This document shows positions 35,204-44,460 of a stretch of 64,000 nucleotides of DNA, in pieces. This DNA comes from Sedimentisphaerales bacterium (lineage in GTDB: Bacteria; Planctomycetota; Phycisphaerae; Sedimentisphaerales; Anaerobacaceae): assembly GCA_040772485.1 (NCBI GenBank), contig JAXGYC010000007.1, forward strand, positions 992,001 to 1,056,000. Direction: 5' to 3'. Each line of letters starts with the position of its first letter. Position 1 is the stretch's first letter. The position numbers and the translations under genes were made by a program. Below the pieces are notes generated by a model. It was not told the origin of the DNA. It worked only from the letters and a program-made list of their open reading frames with translations, and searched no databases.

Positions 35204-37360
35204 ATGCCCAACCTCACCGACACGAGTGATGCCACGACCCAGAAACAGACCACCCTCTCAGGCGGTTTCACTACCGTCCGGAAACGAGACGGCCGACAAG
35301 CTCCCTTCGACGCATCGAAGATCCAGGCCGCCATCGCGAAGGCGGGAGCCGCCACCGGGCAGTTCGGACCGGAAACCGCCTGTCAACTGACCCTGCGTGT
35401 TCTCAGCCTGGCACAGATGACGCTGACCAACACACCCAGTGTCGAACAATTGCAGGACCTGGTCGAGGACGTCCTTCTGACAAGCCCCTTCAAGAAGACC
35501 GCCAAGGCCTACATCCTCTACCGCGACCAGCACGCGAGAATCCGCGAACTGACGCAGAAGGCCGACGTCGATCTGATCGACAACTACCTCGACCGACTGG
35601 ACTGGCAGGTCCAGGAGAACAGCAACATGTCCTACTCGCTGCAAGGGCTGAACAACTACATCTCCAGCGAAGTCAGCAAGACGTACTGGCTCAACAAGAT
35701 CTATCCAAAGAACATCCGCGAGGCCCACACCTCGGGCGACTTCCACCTCCAGGACCTGGGCATGCTCAGCGTCTACTGCGTCGGATGGGACCTCCACGAC
35801 CTGCTGCGCTGCGGCTTCCAGGGCGTCGCAGGCAAGACTGAGAGCAGCCCCGCCCGGCATTTCCGCACCGCCCTGGGGCAGATCGTCAACTTCTTCTACA
35901 CGCTGCAGGGCGAGGCCGCCGGCGCCCAGGCGTTCTCGAATGTGGACACGCTGCTGGCCCCGTTCATCCGGTACGACGGCCTGGACGAGCGCGAAGTGCG
36001 TCAGGCCCTCCAGGAATTCGTCTTCAACGTCAACATCCCCACCCGCGTGGGCTTCCAGACGCCGTTCACCAACATTACGCTCGACCTGAAAGCCCCTGCG
36101 ACACTCGCCGACCAGCCCGTGGTGATCGGCGGACAACTGATGGACCGCGCCTACCGCGAATTCGAGCCTGAGATGCGAACGTTCAACCGGGCCTTTCTCG
36201 ACGTGATGGCCCAGGGCGACGCCAGGAACCGGGTCTTCACGTTTCCGATCCCCACCTATAACATCACCGCGGATTTTGCCTGGGACGCGCCGGAGTTGGA
36301 GAGCCTGTGGCAGGTCACAGCCAAATACGGCATCCCCAACTTTGCGAACTTCATCAACAGCGACATGTCGGTGGCCGACGCCCGATCGATGTGTTGTCGC
36401 CTGCGTCTGGACCTGCGTCACCTCGAGAAGCGCGGGGGCGGGCTCTTCGGGGCCAATCCCCTGACCGGCTCGATCGGCGTCGTCACGATCAACATGCCCC
36501 GGCTGGGTCACATCAGCGCCGACGAGAGCGAATTCGTCAAGCGACTTGACGCACTCATGGACCTGGCCCGCAGCAGTCTGGAGATTAAGCGCAAGCTGCT
36601 CGAACGCCTCACCGACAGAAACCTTTACCCCTACACGCGGTTCTACCTGAGGAGCGTCAAGGAGCACTATGGCCAATACTGGCACAATCACTTCTCCACG
36701 ATCGGGCTGGTCGGGATGAACGAGGCCTGCCGGAACCTGCTCGGAAAGGACATTGGAACCGCCGAGGGGCGCAGCTTCGCCGCCCGAATCCTGGACCACA
36801 TGCGTGCCCGGCTGCTGACGTTCCAGGAACAGACCGGCAGTCTGTACAACCTCGAAGCCACGCCGGCCGAGGGGACCAGCTATCGGCTGGCTCGCCTCGA
36901 CCAACAGAAGTACCCCGATATCGCCAGCGCCAACACATCGCCACAGGCCAGCCGGAGCGAGCCGTTCTACACCAACTCGACCCAATTGCCCGTCAACTAC
37001 ACCAACGACATCTGGGAGGTGCTCGAACTCCAGGACGACCTTCAGGCCAGGTACACCGGGGGCACCGGACTGCACATCAATCTCGGCGAGGCGGTCGCCG
37101 ATCCCAATGCCGTCAAGCGGTTGGTCCGCAAGGTCTGCACGAACTACCGGCTGCCCTATTTCACGATCTCTCCGGTGTTCAGCATCTGCGCCGAGCACGG
37201 GTATTTGCGCGGCCGGCAGCAACAATGTCCGCACTGTGGCCGCAAAACGGAAGTATATGCCCGCGTGGTCGGCTATCTGCGTCCTGTGGATCAGTGGAAC
37301 GAAGGCAAACGAGCGGAATTCGAACAGCGACGCTATTTCCGGATCAAGGCGACCTCATGA
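35204..37360 (+). CDS. nrdD: Anaerobic (class III) ribonucleoside-triphosphate reductase
   Basis: ATP cone VRKRDG; SVYCVG, SMCCRL, NLEATPAEG; Zn motif CAEHG..CPHCG; glycyl radical RVVGYL. Confidence 0.95.
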   Translation: MPNLTDTSDATTQKQTTLSGGFTTVRKRDGRQAPFDASKIQAAIAKAGAATGQFGPETACQLTLRVLSLAQMTLTNTPSVEQLQDLVEDVLLTSPFKKTAKAYILYRDQHARIRELTQKADVDLIDNYLDRLDWQVQENSNMSYSLQGLNNYISSEVSKTYWLNKIYPKNIREAHTSGDFHLQDLGMLSVYCVGWDLHDLLRCGFQGVAGKTESSPARHFRTALGQIVNFFYTLQGEAAGAQAFSNVDTLLAPFIRYDGLDEREVRQALQEFVFNVNIPTRVGFQTPFTNITLDLKAPATLADQPVVIGGQLMDRAYREFEPEMRTFNRAFLDVMAQGDARNRVFTFPIPTYNITADFAWDAPELESLWQVTAKYGIPNFANFINSDMSVADARSMCCRLRLDLRHLEKRGGGLFGANPLTGSIGVVTINMPRLGHISADESEFVKRLDALMDLARSSLEIKRKLLERLTDRNLYPYTRFYLRSVKEHYGQYWHNHFSTIGLVGMNEACRNLLGKDIGTAEGRSFAARILDHMRARLLTFQEQTGSLYNLEATPAEGTSYRLARLDQQKYPDIASANTSPQASRSEPFYTNSTQLPVNYTNDIWEVLELQDDLQARYTGGTGLHINLGEAVADPNAVKRLVRKVCTNYRLPYFTISPVFSICAEHGYLRGRQQQCPHCGRKTEVYARVVGYLRPVDQWNEGKRAEFEQRRYFRIKATS

Positions 37361-38037
37361 GAATCGGTGGTTTTCAGGCGTTGACATTGAGCGACTATCC
37401 GGGCCATCTTGCTGCAATCGTCTTCACGCAAGGCTGCAACTTCCGTTGCCCGTTCTGTCACAACGGGCCGCTGCTTCCATTCAACCGCCCGGCAGCCGAA
37501 CTCATCGACGAAGGACTTGTAGTCGACGCCCTGCAGAGCCGCGCCGCTTTCCTCGACGGCGTCGTCATCACCGGCGGCGAGCCCACGCTGCAAGAGGACC
37601 TCAGGACGTTCATCGAGCAGATCAGGGCTATGAGACTGAAGGTCAAGCTCGACACGAACGGCAGTCGCCCGGACGTCCTGGCGGACCTGCTGGCCGGGCG
37701 CCTTCTTGACTGTGTGGCAATGGACATCAAGGCCCCGTTTGCCAGGTATCCGCAACTGACCGGTGTCGATGCGCCCGTCGAGGCCATCCGGGACAGCATC
37801 ACTCTGCTCGCCTCCGCTGGGACGCCATGCGAGTTTCGCACGACGTTCGTCCCTCCCCTGCTTTCAAAGCGTGACCTCGACGAGATCCGTTCGTACCTGC
37901 CCGATGGCGCTCGGCACACCGTGCAAGCGTTTCTGGCAGACAACGCGATCGACGCTTCGCTCCGTTCCGCAACGGGAATGGCGCTCGAGCCTCCCGACGA
38001 TACTCCTCATCACCTCGATTGGTATTCAGGAGAATAG
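37357..38037 (+). CDS. nrdG: Anaerobic RNR activating radical-SAM enzyme
   Basis: GCNFRCPFCHN, TGGEPTL, KLDTNGS; ATGA overlap with nrdD. Confidence 0.92.
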   Translation: MRIGGFQALTLSDYPGHLAAIVFTQGCNFRCPFCHNGPLLPFNRPAAELIDEGLVVDALQSRAAFLDGVVITGGEPTLQEDLRTFIEQIRAMRLKVKLDTNGSRPDVLADLLAGRLLDCVAMDIKAPFARYPQLTGVDAPVEAIRDSITLLASAGTPCEFRTTFVPPLLSKRDLDEIRSYLPDGARHTVQAFLADNAIDASLRSATGMALEPPDDTPHHLDWYSGE

Positions 38038-38040
38038 AAC

Positions 38041-40332
38041 ATGACGATTAGCGCCAACCTCGGCTTTCCACGTATTGGCACAGACAGGGAACTCAAGAAG
38101 GTTCTGGAAGCCTACTGGGCCGGCCGCACCGATCTGGCATCCCTCGTGGAAACAGGCCGGCGACTGCGAGCAACCCACTGGGCGCTTCAGAGGGAACTGG
38201 GCATCGACCACATCCCCTCGAATGACTTCTCGCTGTACGATCACGTGCTCGACACCACCTGCATGCTCGGCGCCGTTCCATCTCGTTTCGGTCTCAAGGA
38301 CAGCACCGTCGATGTGGACACGTATTTCGCCATGGCCCGAGGCACCGACAACGCCCACGCAATGGAGATGACGAAGTGGTTCGACACGAACTACCACTAC
38401 ATCGTCCCGGAATTCGAATCGGGCCAGGAATTCAGGCTCGCCTCATCGAAGGTTATCGACGAGTTCCGCGAAGCCAATGGCCAGGGCATCGTCACGCGGC
38501 CCGTGCTCCTGGGCCCGGTCTCGTATTTACTCCTGGGCAAGCCCAAAAGCCCCGGCCTGGAACCGCTGGACCTGCTCGACCAGGCGCTCTCGGTGTATAT
38601 CGAAGTGATCGGACAACTCGAAGCGGCGGGCGCCCGGTGGATCCAGGTCGATGAGCCCGTACTGGTCCTCGATCTCGATGAGCGAGTCCCGGCCGCCTTC
38701 GAACGCGCCTACGAACGCTTCGCCCAAGCCAGAAAGAGACGGAAGCTGTGTCTGACCACCTACTTCGGCAGCCTGGGCGACAACGTCGACTGGGCCATGA
38801 GATTGCCCTTTGACGCGATCCATCTCGACGTGGTCCGAGCCCCGGAACAACTGGACAAGGCCTTGACGCTGCTGCCTGGAGACGCCGCACTGTCGTTGGG
38901 TGTCGTCAACGGGCGCAATATCTGGAAGACAAACATGGGCGTGACACTTGACCTCATTGACAAGACTGCCGCTGCCATCGGGCCTGAGCGTCTGATTCTG
39001 GCCCCGTCCTGTTCGTTGCTGCACAGCCCCGTCGACGTCGAGAGCGAAGGAACGATGGACCCTGTCGTCCAGGAGCGTCTTGCCTTCGCCAGGCAGAAGC
39101 TGCAGGAGGTAGCCGTGCTGACGAAAGCCGTCAACGAAGGACGAACGGCCGTCGGCGATGTCCTGCAAGCCAATCGGGCGATCTTTGACAAGCAGCAGGC
39201 GTCCGGCCGCGTACACAGCGCCGCGGTGCGACAGCGGTCGGATTCGCTCTCGGAAGAGATGTTCCGCCGGCGCAAGCCCTTCGGTCAGAGAAAGAGTCTC
39301 CAACAAGCCGAACTGGCGCTGCCCCTGCTGCCTACTACGACGATCGGTTCCTTCCCGCAAACGGCGGAGATTCGAAAGACCCGCGCCGACTTCCGCAAGG
39401 GGCGCCTGACCGACACCGCGTATACGCAGGCCATGCGACGCGAAATCGAAACCGTGGTTCGTTTCCAGGAAGACGTCGGCCTCGACGTGCTCGTTCACGG
39501 GGAGCCCGAACGCAACGACATGGTGGAGTACTTCGGCCAGGTGCTCGAAGGCTTTGCCTTCACGGAGAACGGCTGGGTGCAGAGCTATGGCTCGCGCTGT
39601 GTCAAGCCGCCGATCATCTATGGCGATGTCTCCCGGCCGCTTCCCATGACGGTGGAGTGGATCACCTACACACAGTCGCTGACGGACAAGCCGGTCAAGG
39701 GGATGCTCACCGGGCCGATCACCATCCTGCAATGGTCTTTCGTCCGCGAGGATCAGCCGCGTCGCGACACGGCCTACCAGATCGCCGTGAGTATTCGTGA
39801 CGAAGTGCGCGATCTGGAGGCAGCCGGCATTCGGATCGTTCAGATCGATGAACCCGCCATTCGCGAGGGACTGCCTCTGCGACAGTCCGAGCGGCCGGAA
39901 TACCTGGACTGGGCGGTCAGGGCCTTTCGCCTGGCCACCTGCGGCGTGGACGACCGCACGCAGATCCACACGCACATGTGCTACAGCGATTTCAACGAGA
40001 TCATTGAGGCCATCGCCGGTCTCGACGCCGACGTCATCTCGATCGAGGCCTCCCGCTCGGACGTCAGGCTGCTCAACGCCTTCGTGGACTATAAATACCC
40101 TAACGATATCGGCCCGGGCGTGTATGATATCCACAGCCCGAGAGTGCCCTCGACGGAAGAAATGGTGGACTTGATCCGGAAGATGGCCGAAGTGCTGCGC
40201 GTCGAGCAGTTGTGGGTCAATCCCGACTGCGGTCTCAAGACCCGGCAGTGGCCCGAGGTCGAAGCGTCGTTGAGGAACATGGTCCTCGCCGCCCGGAGGC
40301 TGCGAGAGGAACTGGCGTCGCCACGGCAATGA
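38041..40332 (+). CDS. metE: Cobalamin-independent methionine synthase
   Basis: [35 protein letters not shown], Zn ligands HTHMC and NPDCGLKTR. Confidence 0.97.
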   Translation: MTISANLGFPRIGTDRELKKVLEAYWAGRTDLASLVETGRRLRATHWALQRELGIDHIPSNDFSLYDHVLDTTCMLGAVPSRFGLKDSTVDVDTYFAMARGTDNAHAMEMTKWFDTNYHYIVPEFESGQEFRLASSKVIDEFREANGQGIVTRPVLLGPVSYLLLGKPKSPGLEPLDLLDQALSVYIEVIGQLEAAGARWIQVDEPVLVLDLDERVPAAFERAYERFAQARKRRKLCLTTYFGSLGDNVDWAMRLPFDAIHLDVVRAPEQLDKALTLLPGDAALSLGVVNGRNIWKTNMGVTLDLIDKTAAAIGPERLILAPSCSLLHSPVDVESEGTMDPVVQERLAFARQKLQEVAVLTKAVNEGRTAVGDVLQANRAIFDKQQASGRVHSAAVRQRSDSLSEEMFRRRKPFGQRKSLQQAELALPLLPTTTIGSFPQTAEIRKTRADFRKGRLTDTAYTQAMRREIETVVRFQEDVGLDVLVHGEPERNDMVEYFGQVLEGFAFTENGWVQSYGSRCVKPPIIYGDVSRPLPMTVEWITYTQSLTDKPVKGMLTGPITILQWSFVREDQPRRDTAYQIAVSIRDEVRDLEAAGIRIVQIDEPAIREGLPLRQSERPEYLDWAVRAFRLATCGVDDRTQIHTHMCYSDFNEIIEAIAGLDADVISIEASRSDVRLLNAFVDYKYPNDIGPGVYDIHSPRVPSTEEMVDLIRKMAEVLRVEQLWVNPDCGLKTRQWPEVEASLRNMVLAARRLREELASPRQ

Positions 40333-40348
40333 GAACAGGAGCAGACCT

Positions 40349-40915
40349 ATGAGCATACGCCCGGACGTTTGGATCAGGAAGATGGCTGTCGAGCAACGCA
40401 TGATCGAGCCGTTCGTCGAACAGCAGGTGCGGCAGCGGGACGGGCGCGCCGTCGTTTCCTACGGCCTGTCCTCCTTCGGCTACGACATTCGCGTCTCGCG
40501 GCATTTCCGCATCTTCACCAACGTCTACGGCTCGGTGGTCGATCCGAAGGCGTTCGACGTCAGAGGGCTCGTCGAAATCGAGAGCGATGTCTGCCTGATC
40601 CCGCCCAACAGCTTCGCGCTGGCCCTGAGCGTGGAGACGTTCCGCATCCCGCAGAACGTCCTGACCCTGTGCGTGGGCAAGTCCACCTACGCCCGTTGCG
40701 GCATCATCGTCAACGTCACCCCCTTCGAGCCGGGCTGGGAAGGCCGGGCGGTGCTGGAGATCTCCAACACCACCCCCCTGCCGGCCAAGGTCTACGCGGA
40801 CGAGGGGCTGGCGCAGGTCCTGTTCTTCGAATCGGAGATTCCCTGCGAAGTCTCCTACGGCGACCGGCACGGCAAGTACCAACACCAGGACGGCATCGTC
40901 CTGCCCCAGGTGTAG
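40349..40915 (+). CDS. dcd: dCTP deaminase
   Basis: [35 protein letters not shown]. Confidence 0.95.
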   Translation: MSIRPDVWIRKMAVEQRMIEPFVEQQVRQRDGRAVVSYGLSSFGYDIRVSRHFRIFTNVYGSVVDPKAFDVRGLVEIESDVCLIPPNSFALALSVETFRIPQNVLTLCVGKSTYARCGIIVNVTPFEPGWEGRAVLEISNTTPLPAKVYADEGLAQVLFFESEIPCEVSYGDRHGKYQHQDGIVLPQV

Positions 40916-40976
40916 GATGCCCTGGTCCGGACGTGCGTGCCGTGACACCGCAATTGCCGCGGACGCCACACCGTTT

Positions 40977-41885
40977 CTACGGCACATCTCGTCCAGTCGA
41001 GGCGCACCAGATCTCGAACCACTGCTCGCGCGACAGGGACAAGCCCAGAGCCTCTACGGCCTTCCCGATACGAGATAGACGCCCGGTGCCCAGCACCGGC
41101 ACGAACTTGGCCGGATGCATGAGCACCCAGGCCAGCGCCACCTGGTCCATGGATGCTCCACCGACCCGCCGGCCGATCCGGCCCAGGACGTCACGCAGCC
41201 GGTCCGCCTGCTCGGATTCCTCATGGAACAGCCGGCCACCCCCCATCGGCGACCACGCCATCGGTCGAATATCCAGTCTCTGACAAAGGTCGAGACTCCC
41301 GTCGGCGTGCGGATCGAGATGCATGACCGAGTACTCGATCTGATTTGTCACGAGAGGAACGTCAAGCTTCGAGGCCAGCATCTCGAACTGCGAAGGCAGG
41401 AAGTTCGAGACCCCAAAGTGCAGCACCTTTCCGGAATCCTTCAGAGCCATGAAGGCGTCGTTGACCTCGCGCGGGTCCGTCAGAGGATCCGGGCGGTGAA
41501 TGAGCAACAGGTCGAGGTAATCGACCCGGAGACTCCTCAGCGAGTTCTCTGCGGACGCGACGATGTGCGCGGCCGTGGTGTCGTAGCACTTGACGGCATG
41601 CGCCGGCCGGTTTCGTGACACGAGCTTGATGCCGCACTTGGTGACCAACTGGATTTGCGACCGCTCGATACCACTGGCGGCCAGCGCCCGGCCGAAAAGA
41701 GACTCACACGTGTAATCGCCGTAGATGTCGGCATGGTCGAACGTCGTGATGCCGAGTTCAAGGCAACCCGCGAGCAACTCTCGGATTTCCGCTTCGCTTT
41801 TGCCCCAATCCGCCAGCCTCCAAAGGCCGTGAACGATTCGAGAGCAACGAGGCCCCTCCCGGCGTAGTTCGATTCGAGGCACCAT
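40977..41885 (-). CDS. Aldo/keto reductase (YdhF-like)
   Basis: TFDHADIYG, TKCGI, LLLIHRPD, GVSNF, AWSP. Confidence 0.92.
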   Translation of the reverse strand: MVPRIELRREGPRCSRIVHGLWRLADWGKSEAEIRELLAGCLELGITTFDHADIYGDYTCESLFGRALAASGIERSQIQLVTKCGIKLVSRNRPAHAVKCYDTTAAHIVASAENSLRSLRVDYLDLLLIHRPDPLTDPREVNDAFMALKDSGKVLHFGVSNFLPSQFEMLASKLDVPLVTNQIEYSVMHLDPHADGSLDLCQRLDIRPMAWSPMGGGRLFHEESEQADRLRDVLGRIGRRVGGASMDQVALAWVLMHPAKFVPVLGTGRLSRIGKAVEALGLSLSREQWFEIWCASTGRDVP

Positions 41886-42017
41886 AGCATGACACTCCAG
41901 ATGACCAAAGGGAATCCGTCTTTTCGGTCATCATACAGGAGCGTTTCGATGCGCACAACCGCCGCGTGCGATCCGCCTGCGGCCGGACGAGCCAATGTGT
42001 TTGAGCATCCGGCCGAA

Positions 42018-42812
42018 TCACGTCCCTGCCAGCACCGGCACGTCCGCACGCAATCGAGCCTCGATCTCATCGGCCAGCATCGTGTATTCGCAAGCGGCCT
42101 TGCTGTCCGGCGCAAACGTGAAGATCGACTTGCCCGCTTCCGGAGCCTCCACCAGCCGAATCGTCTTGTGGATCACCGTGTCGAAGACGAGATCGCCGAA
42201 CAACTCGCGCAACTGCAATTGGACCTTGCGCGTGTAAGCAGGGCGGTCCTCCACAAAGGTCAACAGCAGACCGAGCGTCCGCGCCGAACACGGATGAAAC
42301 CGCTTTTTGAGCACGCGGATGGTCTCCAGCAGACGCTTGAGACCTTCGAAGGCGTAGAAGTGAACCTGAACCGGGATAATCACGTCCGTGCTGGCTACCA
42401 GGGCGTTGAGCATGAGCAGTCCCAGTGCCGGGGGGCAATCGATGATGCACATGTCATAGTGGTCCGCCACGGTGCGCAGCCATTCCCCGAGCACCAGCTC
42501 CTTGCCGAGCAAACCTTGCAGCTCCAATTCGGCCCCGGCCAGTCTCACGTTGCTCGGCACCAGGTCGAGCCACTCCACGTCGGTGGCCACCGCCACCTTG
42601 ACGATCGACGCCCGCCGGTCGACCAGTCCATCGTAGATGGTCTTCTCGAAAGCATCCGGATCGAACCCCATGCCCATGGTCGCGTGTCCCTGTGGGTCCA
42701 GGTCCACCAGGAGAACACGGCGGCCCATTTTGGCAAACGCCACCGACAGATTCACTGCCGTAGTCGTCTTCCCGCAGCCGCCCTTCTGGTTGACAACGGC
42801 GATCGTTCTCAT
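42018..42812 (-). CDS. ParA/Soj family ATPase
   Basis: NQKGGCGKTTTAVN, VDLDPQG, IIDCPP; start at MRTIAVV. Confidence 0.92.
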   Translation of the reverse strand: MRTIAVVNQKGGCGKTTTAVNLSVAFAKMGRRVLLVDLDPQGHATMGMGFDPDAFEKTIYDGLVDRRASIVKVAVATDVEWLDLVPSNVRLAGAELELQGLLGKELVLGEWLRTVADHYDMCIIDCPPALGLLMLNALVASTDVIIPVQVHFYAFEGLKRLLETIRVLKKRFHPCSARTLGLLLTFVEDRPAYTRKVQLQLRELFGDLVFDTVIHKTIRLVEAPEAGKSIFTFAPDSKAACEYTMLADEIEARLRADVPVLAGT

Positions 42813-43180
42813 GGTCCCAGCCATACATCCATGGCGCATCGCCCCTCCCCGCATCACGCTGTCTTCTCATCGGCCAAATGCCCGCACCGCTGAATCCAGC
42901 TCCCAACCAGCGGGCGCAATCCGGGATGCGGGCAACGACACGCCCGATAACCGCCATGGGGGACTGGTTCCGCCTCGGAGCGCCACCGCAGGAACCGTCC
43001 GGCATCGATCTGCGATTCCGGAACCGCCAGCTTGACCGCCCTCGCTGGAGAAGAAGGCAAGAAGAGGAAACGTGAGGTTGACGCGAAACTCCGGGAGCAG
43101 AACCTCGCAAACACCCGTCAATCCCACTCAACCTATAGCACCACGCGACAGTCTATTCAGATTAACACAGGAGGGCCTTC

Positions 43181-43215
43181 AAAAAGCCAGATTCTAATGT
43201 AACAGAATCTGGCTT
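43181..43215 (-). terminator. Intrinsic-terminator-like hairpin
   Basis: Perfect 12-bp stem aagccagattct/agaatctggctt with an 8-nt loop, ending in a T5 run on the minus strand. Confidence 0.55.
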
Positions 43216-43503
43216 CGGAGGAGGGTGATGAAAAGCTAAGTAAACGCCTTCAAAAAAGGCATCCTTGCTCTTATCATCGTAGTGTCCCACGGAAATTCTT
43301 TAGCGAAAAAGCAAGGATACCCAGAAAATACTCACTTCCGTTCAGGAATCAAGGACTAAATCCCGAAATCGACAGTTTTTTTTGGCGTGGGTCTCCCAAT
43401 AGCCTCATTGCCGACCCTCAATCTTTGCATTTTACCCTTGCCGAGCCCCACGGGTTCTGCTATTTTCACGGAAAGCTTGTTACTTGTTTCGGACTCCCCT
43501 CCT

Positions 43504-44358
43504 ATGAACAGCCGCATCACGATTTCGGATCTGTTGCAAGCCAAGCGGGATGGCCGTGCCATCGCCGTCGTGAGCTGTTACGACTACACCACCGCGCGTC
43601 AGGTGGGCCAGGCGGGCGTTGACATGATCATTGTCGGTGACTCCGCAGCGCAGCTCATGTTCGGATTCGATTCCACGCTGCCGGCCACGATGGACATCAT
43701 GGTCGCGCTGACCGCCGCTGTTCGCCGTGGCGCCCCCGACGTCTATCTCGTCGCCGACATGCCTTTCCTGTCTTACCAGATCAGTGCGGGCGAGGCGATT
43801 CGCAACGCCGGCCGGTTCCTGGTGGAAGCCGGAGCGCAGATGGTGAAGATCGAGGCCACCGGCGCTCATCTCGACACGATTCGAGCCGTCAGTGATGCCG
43901 GAATCGCCGTGATGGCCCACATCGGCATACGGCCGCAGAGGATCAGCACCGTCGGTCGGTTCCGCGCCGAGGCAACGACAGCAGAGATCGCGATGCAGTT
44001 GATTGACCTGGCTCGTCAGATGGTTAACGCCGGCGCCGCAGCGCTGCTTATCGAGGGGGCGGCCGCGGAAGTTTCCCAGATTATCACGGAGCGGACTGAG
44101 CTTCCGGTAATCAGTTGTGGTTCCGGTCCCGCGTGCGACGGGCAGGTTCTCGTCGCTCCGGACATCCTGGGGCTGACCGACGGGAAACTGCCCAAATTCT
44201 CCAAAGCATACGCAGAGCTGGGACCGCGATCGATCGAGGCATTCCGCGCGTATGCCGAGGAGGTGAAGGCCCGGCGATTCCCCGACAACGAGCACAGCTA
44301 CCACATGAAACCAGGTGAGTTGCAGCGACTGACGGACTTGCTGGGCCGCACGCACTGA
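43504..44358 (+). CDS. panB: 3-methyl-2-oxobutanoate hydroxymethyltransferase
   Basis: CYDY, IVGDS, VADMPFLSY, VKIE, AHIG, CDGQVLV; TTGCCG-N17-TATTTT upstream (43438-43466). Confidence 0.95.
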   Translation: MNSRITISDLLQAKRDGRAIAVVSCYDYTTARQVGQAGVDMIIVGDSAAQLMFGFDSTLPATMDIMVALTAAVRRGAPDVYLVADMPFLSYQISAGEAIRNAGRFLVEAGAQMVKIEATGAHLDTIRAVSDAGIAVMAHIGIRPQRISTVGRFRAEATTAEIAMQLIDLARQMVNAGAAALLIEGAAAEVSQIITERTELPVISCGSGPACDGQVLVAPDILGLTDGKLPKFSKAYAELGPRSIEAFRAYAEEVKARRFPDNEHSYHMKPGELQRLTDLLGRTH

Positions 44359-44460
44359 CCACCCCGTGCCCTGCCGGTATAGCGCCGACGGGCCCCGTCA
44401 CAACGAGGCCCGTCGAGTCAATTCTCATCTCTTTCCGTTTGCAGTTCCGCACTGCCGGGC

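Noticed and set aside
43120..43460. AT-rich region beside parA as oriC or parS
   Set aside because: No DnaA boxes (TTATCCACA) or parS palindrome noticed
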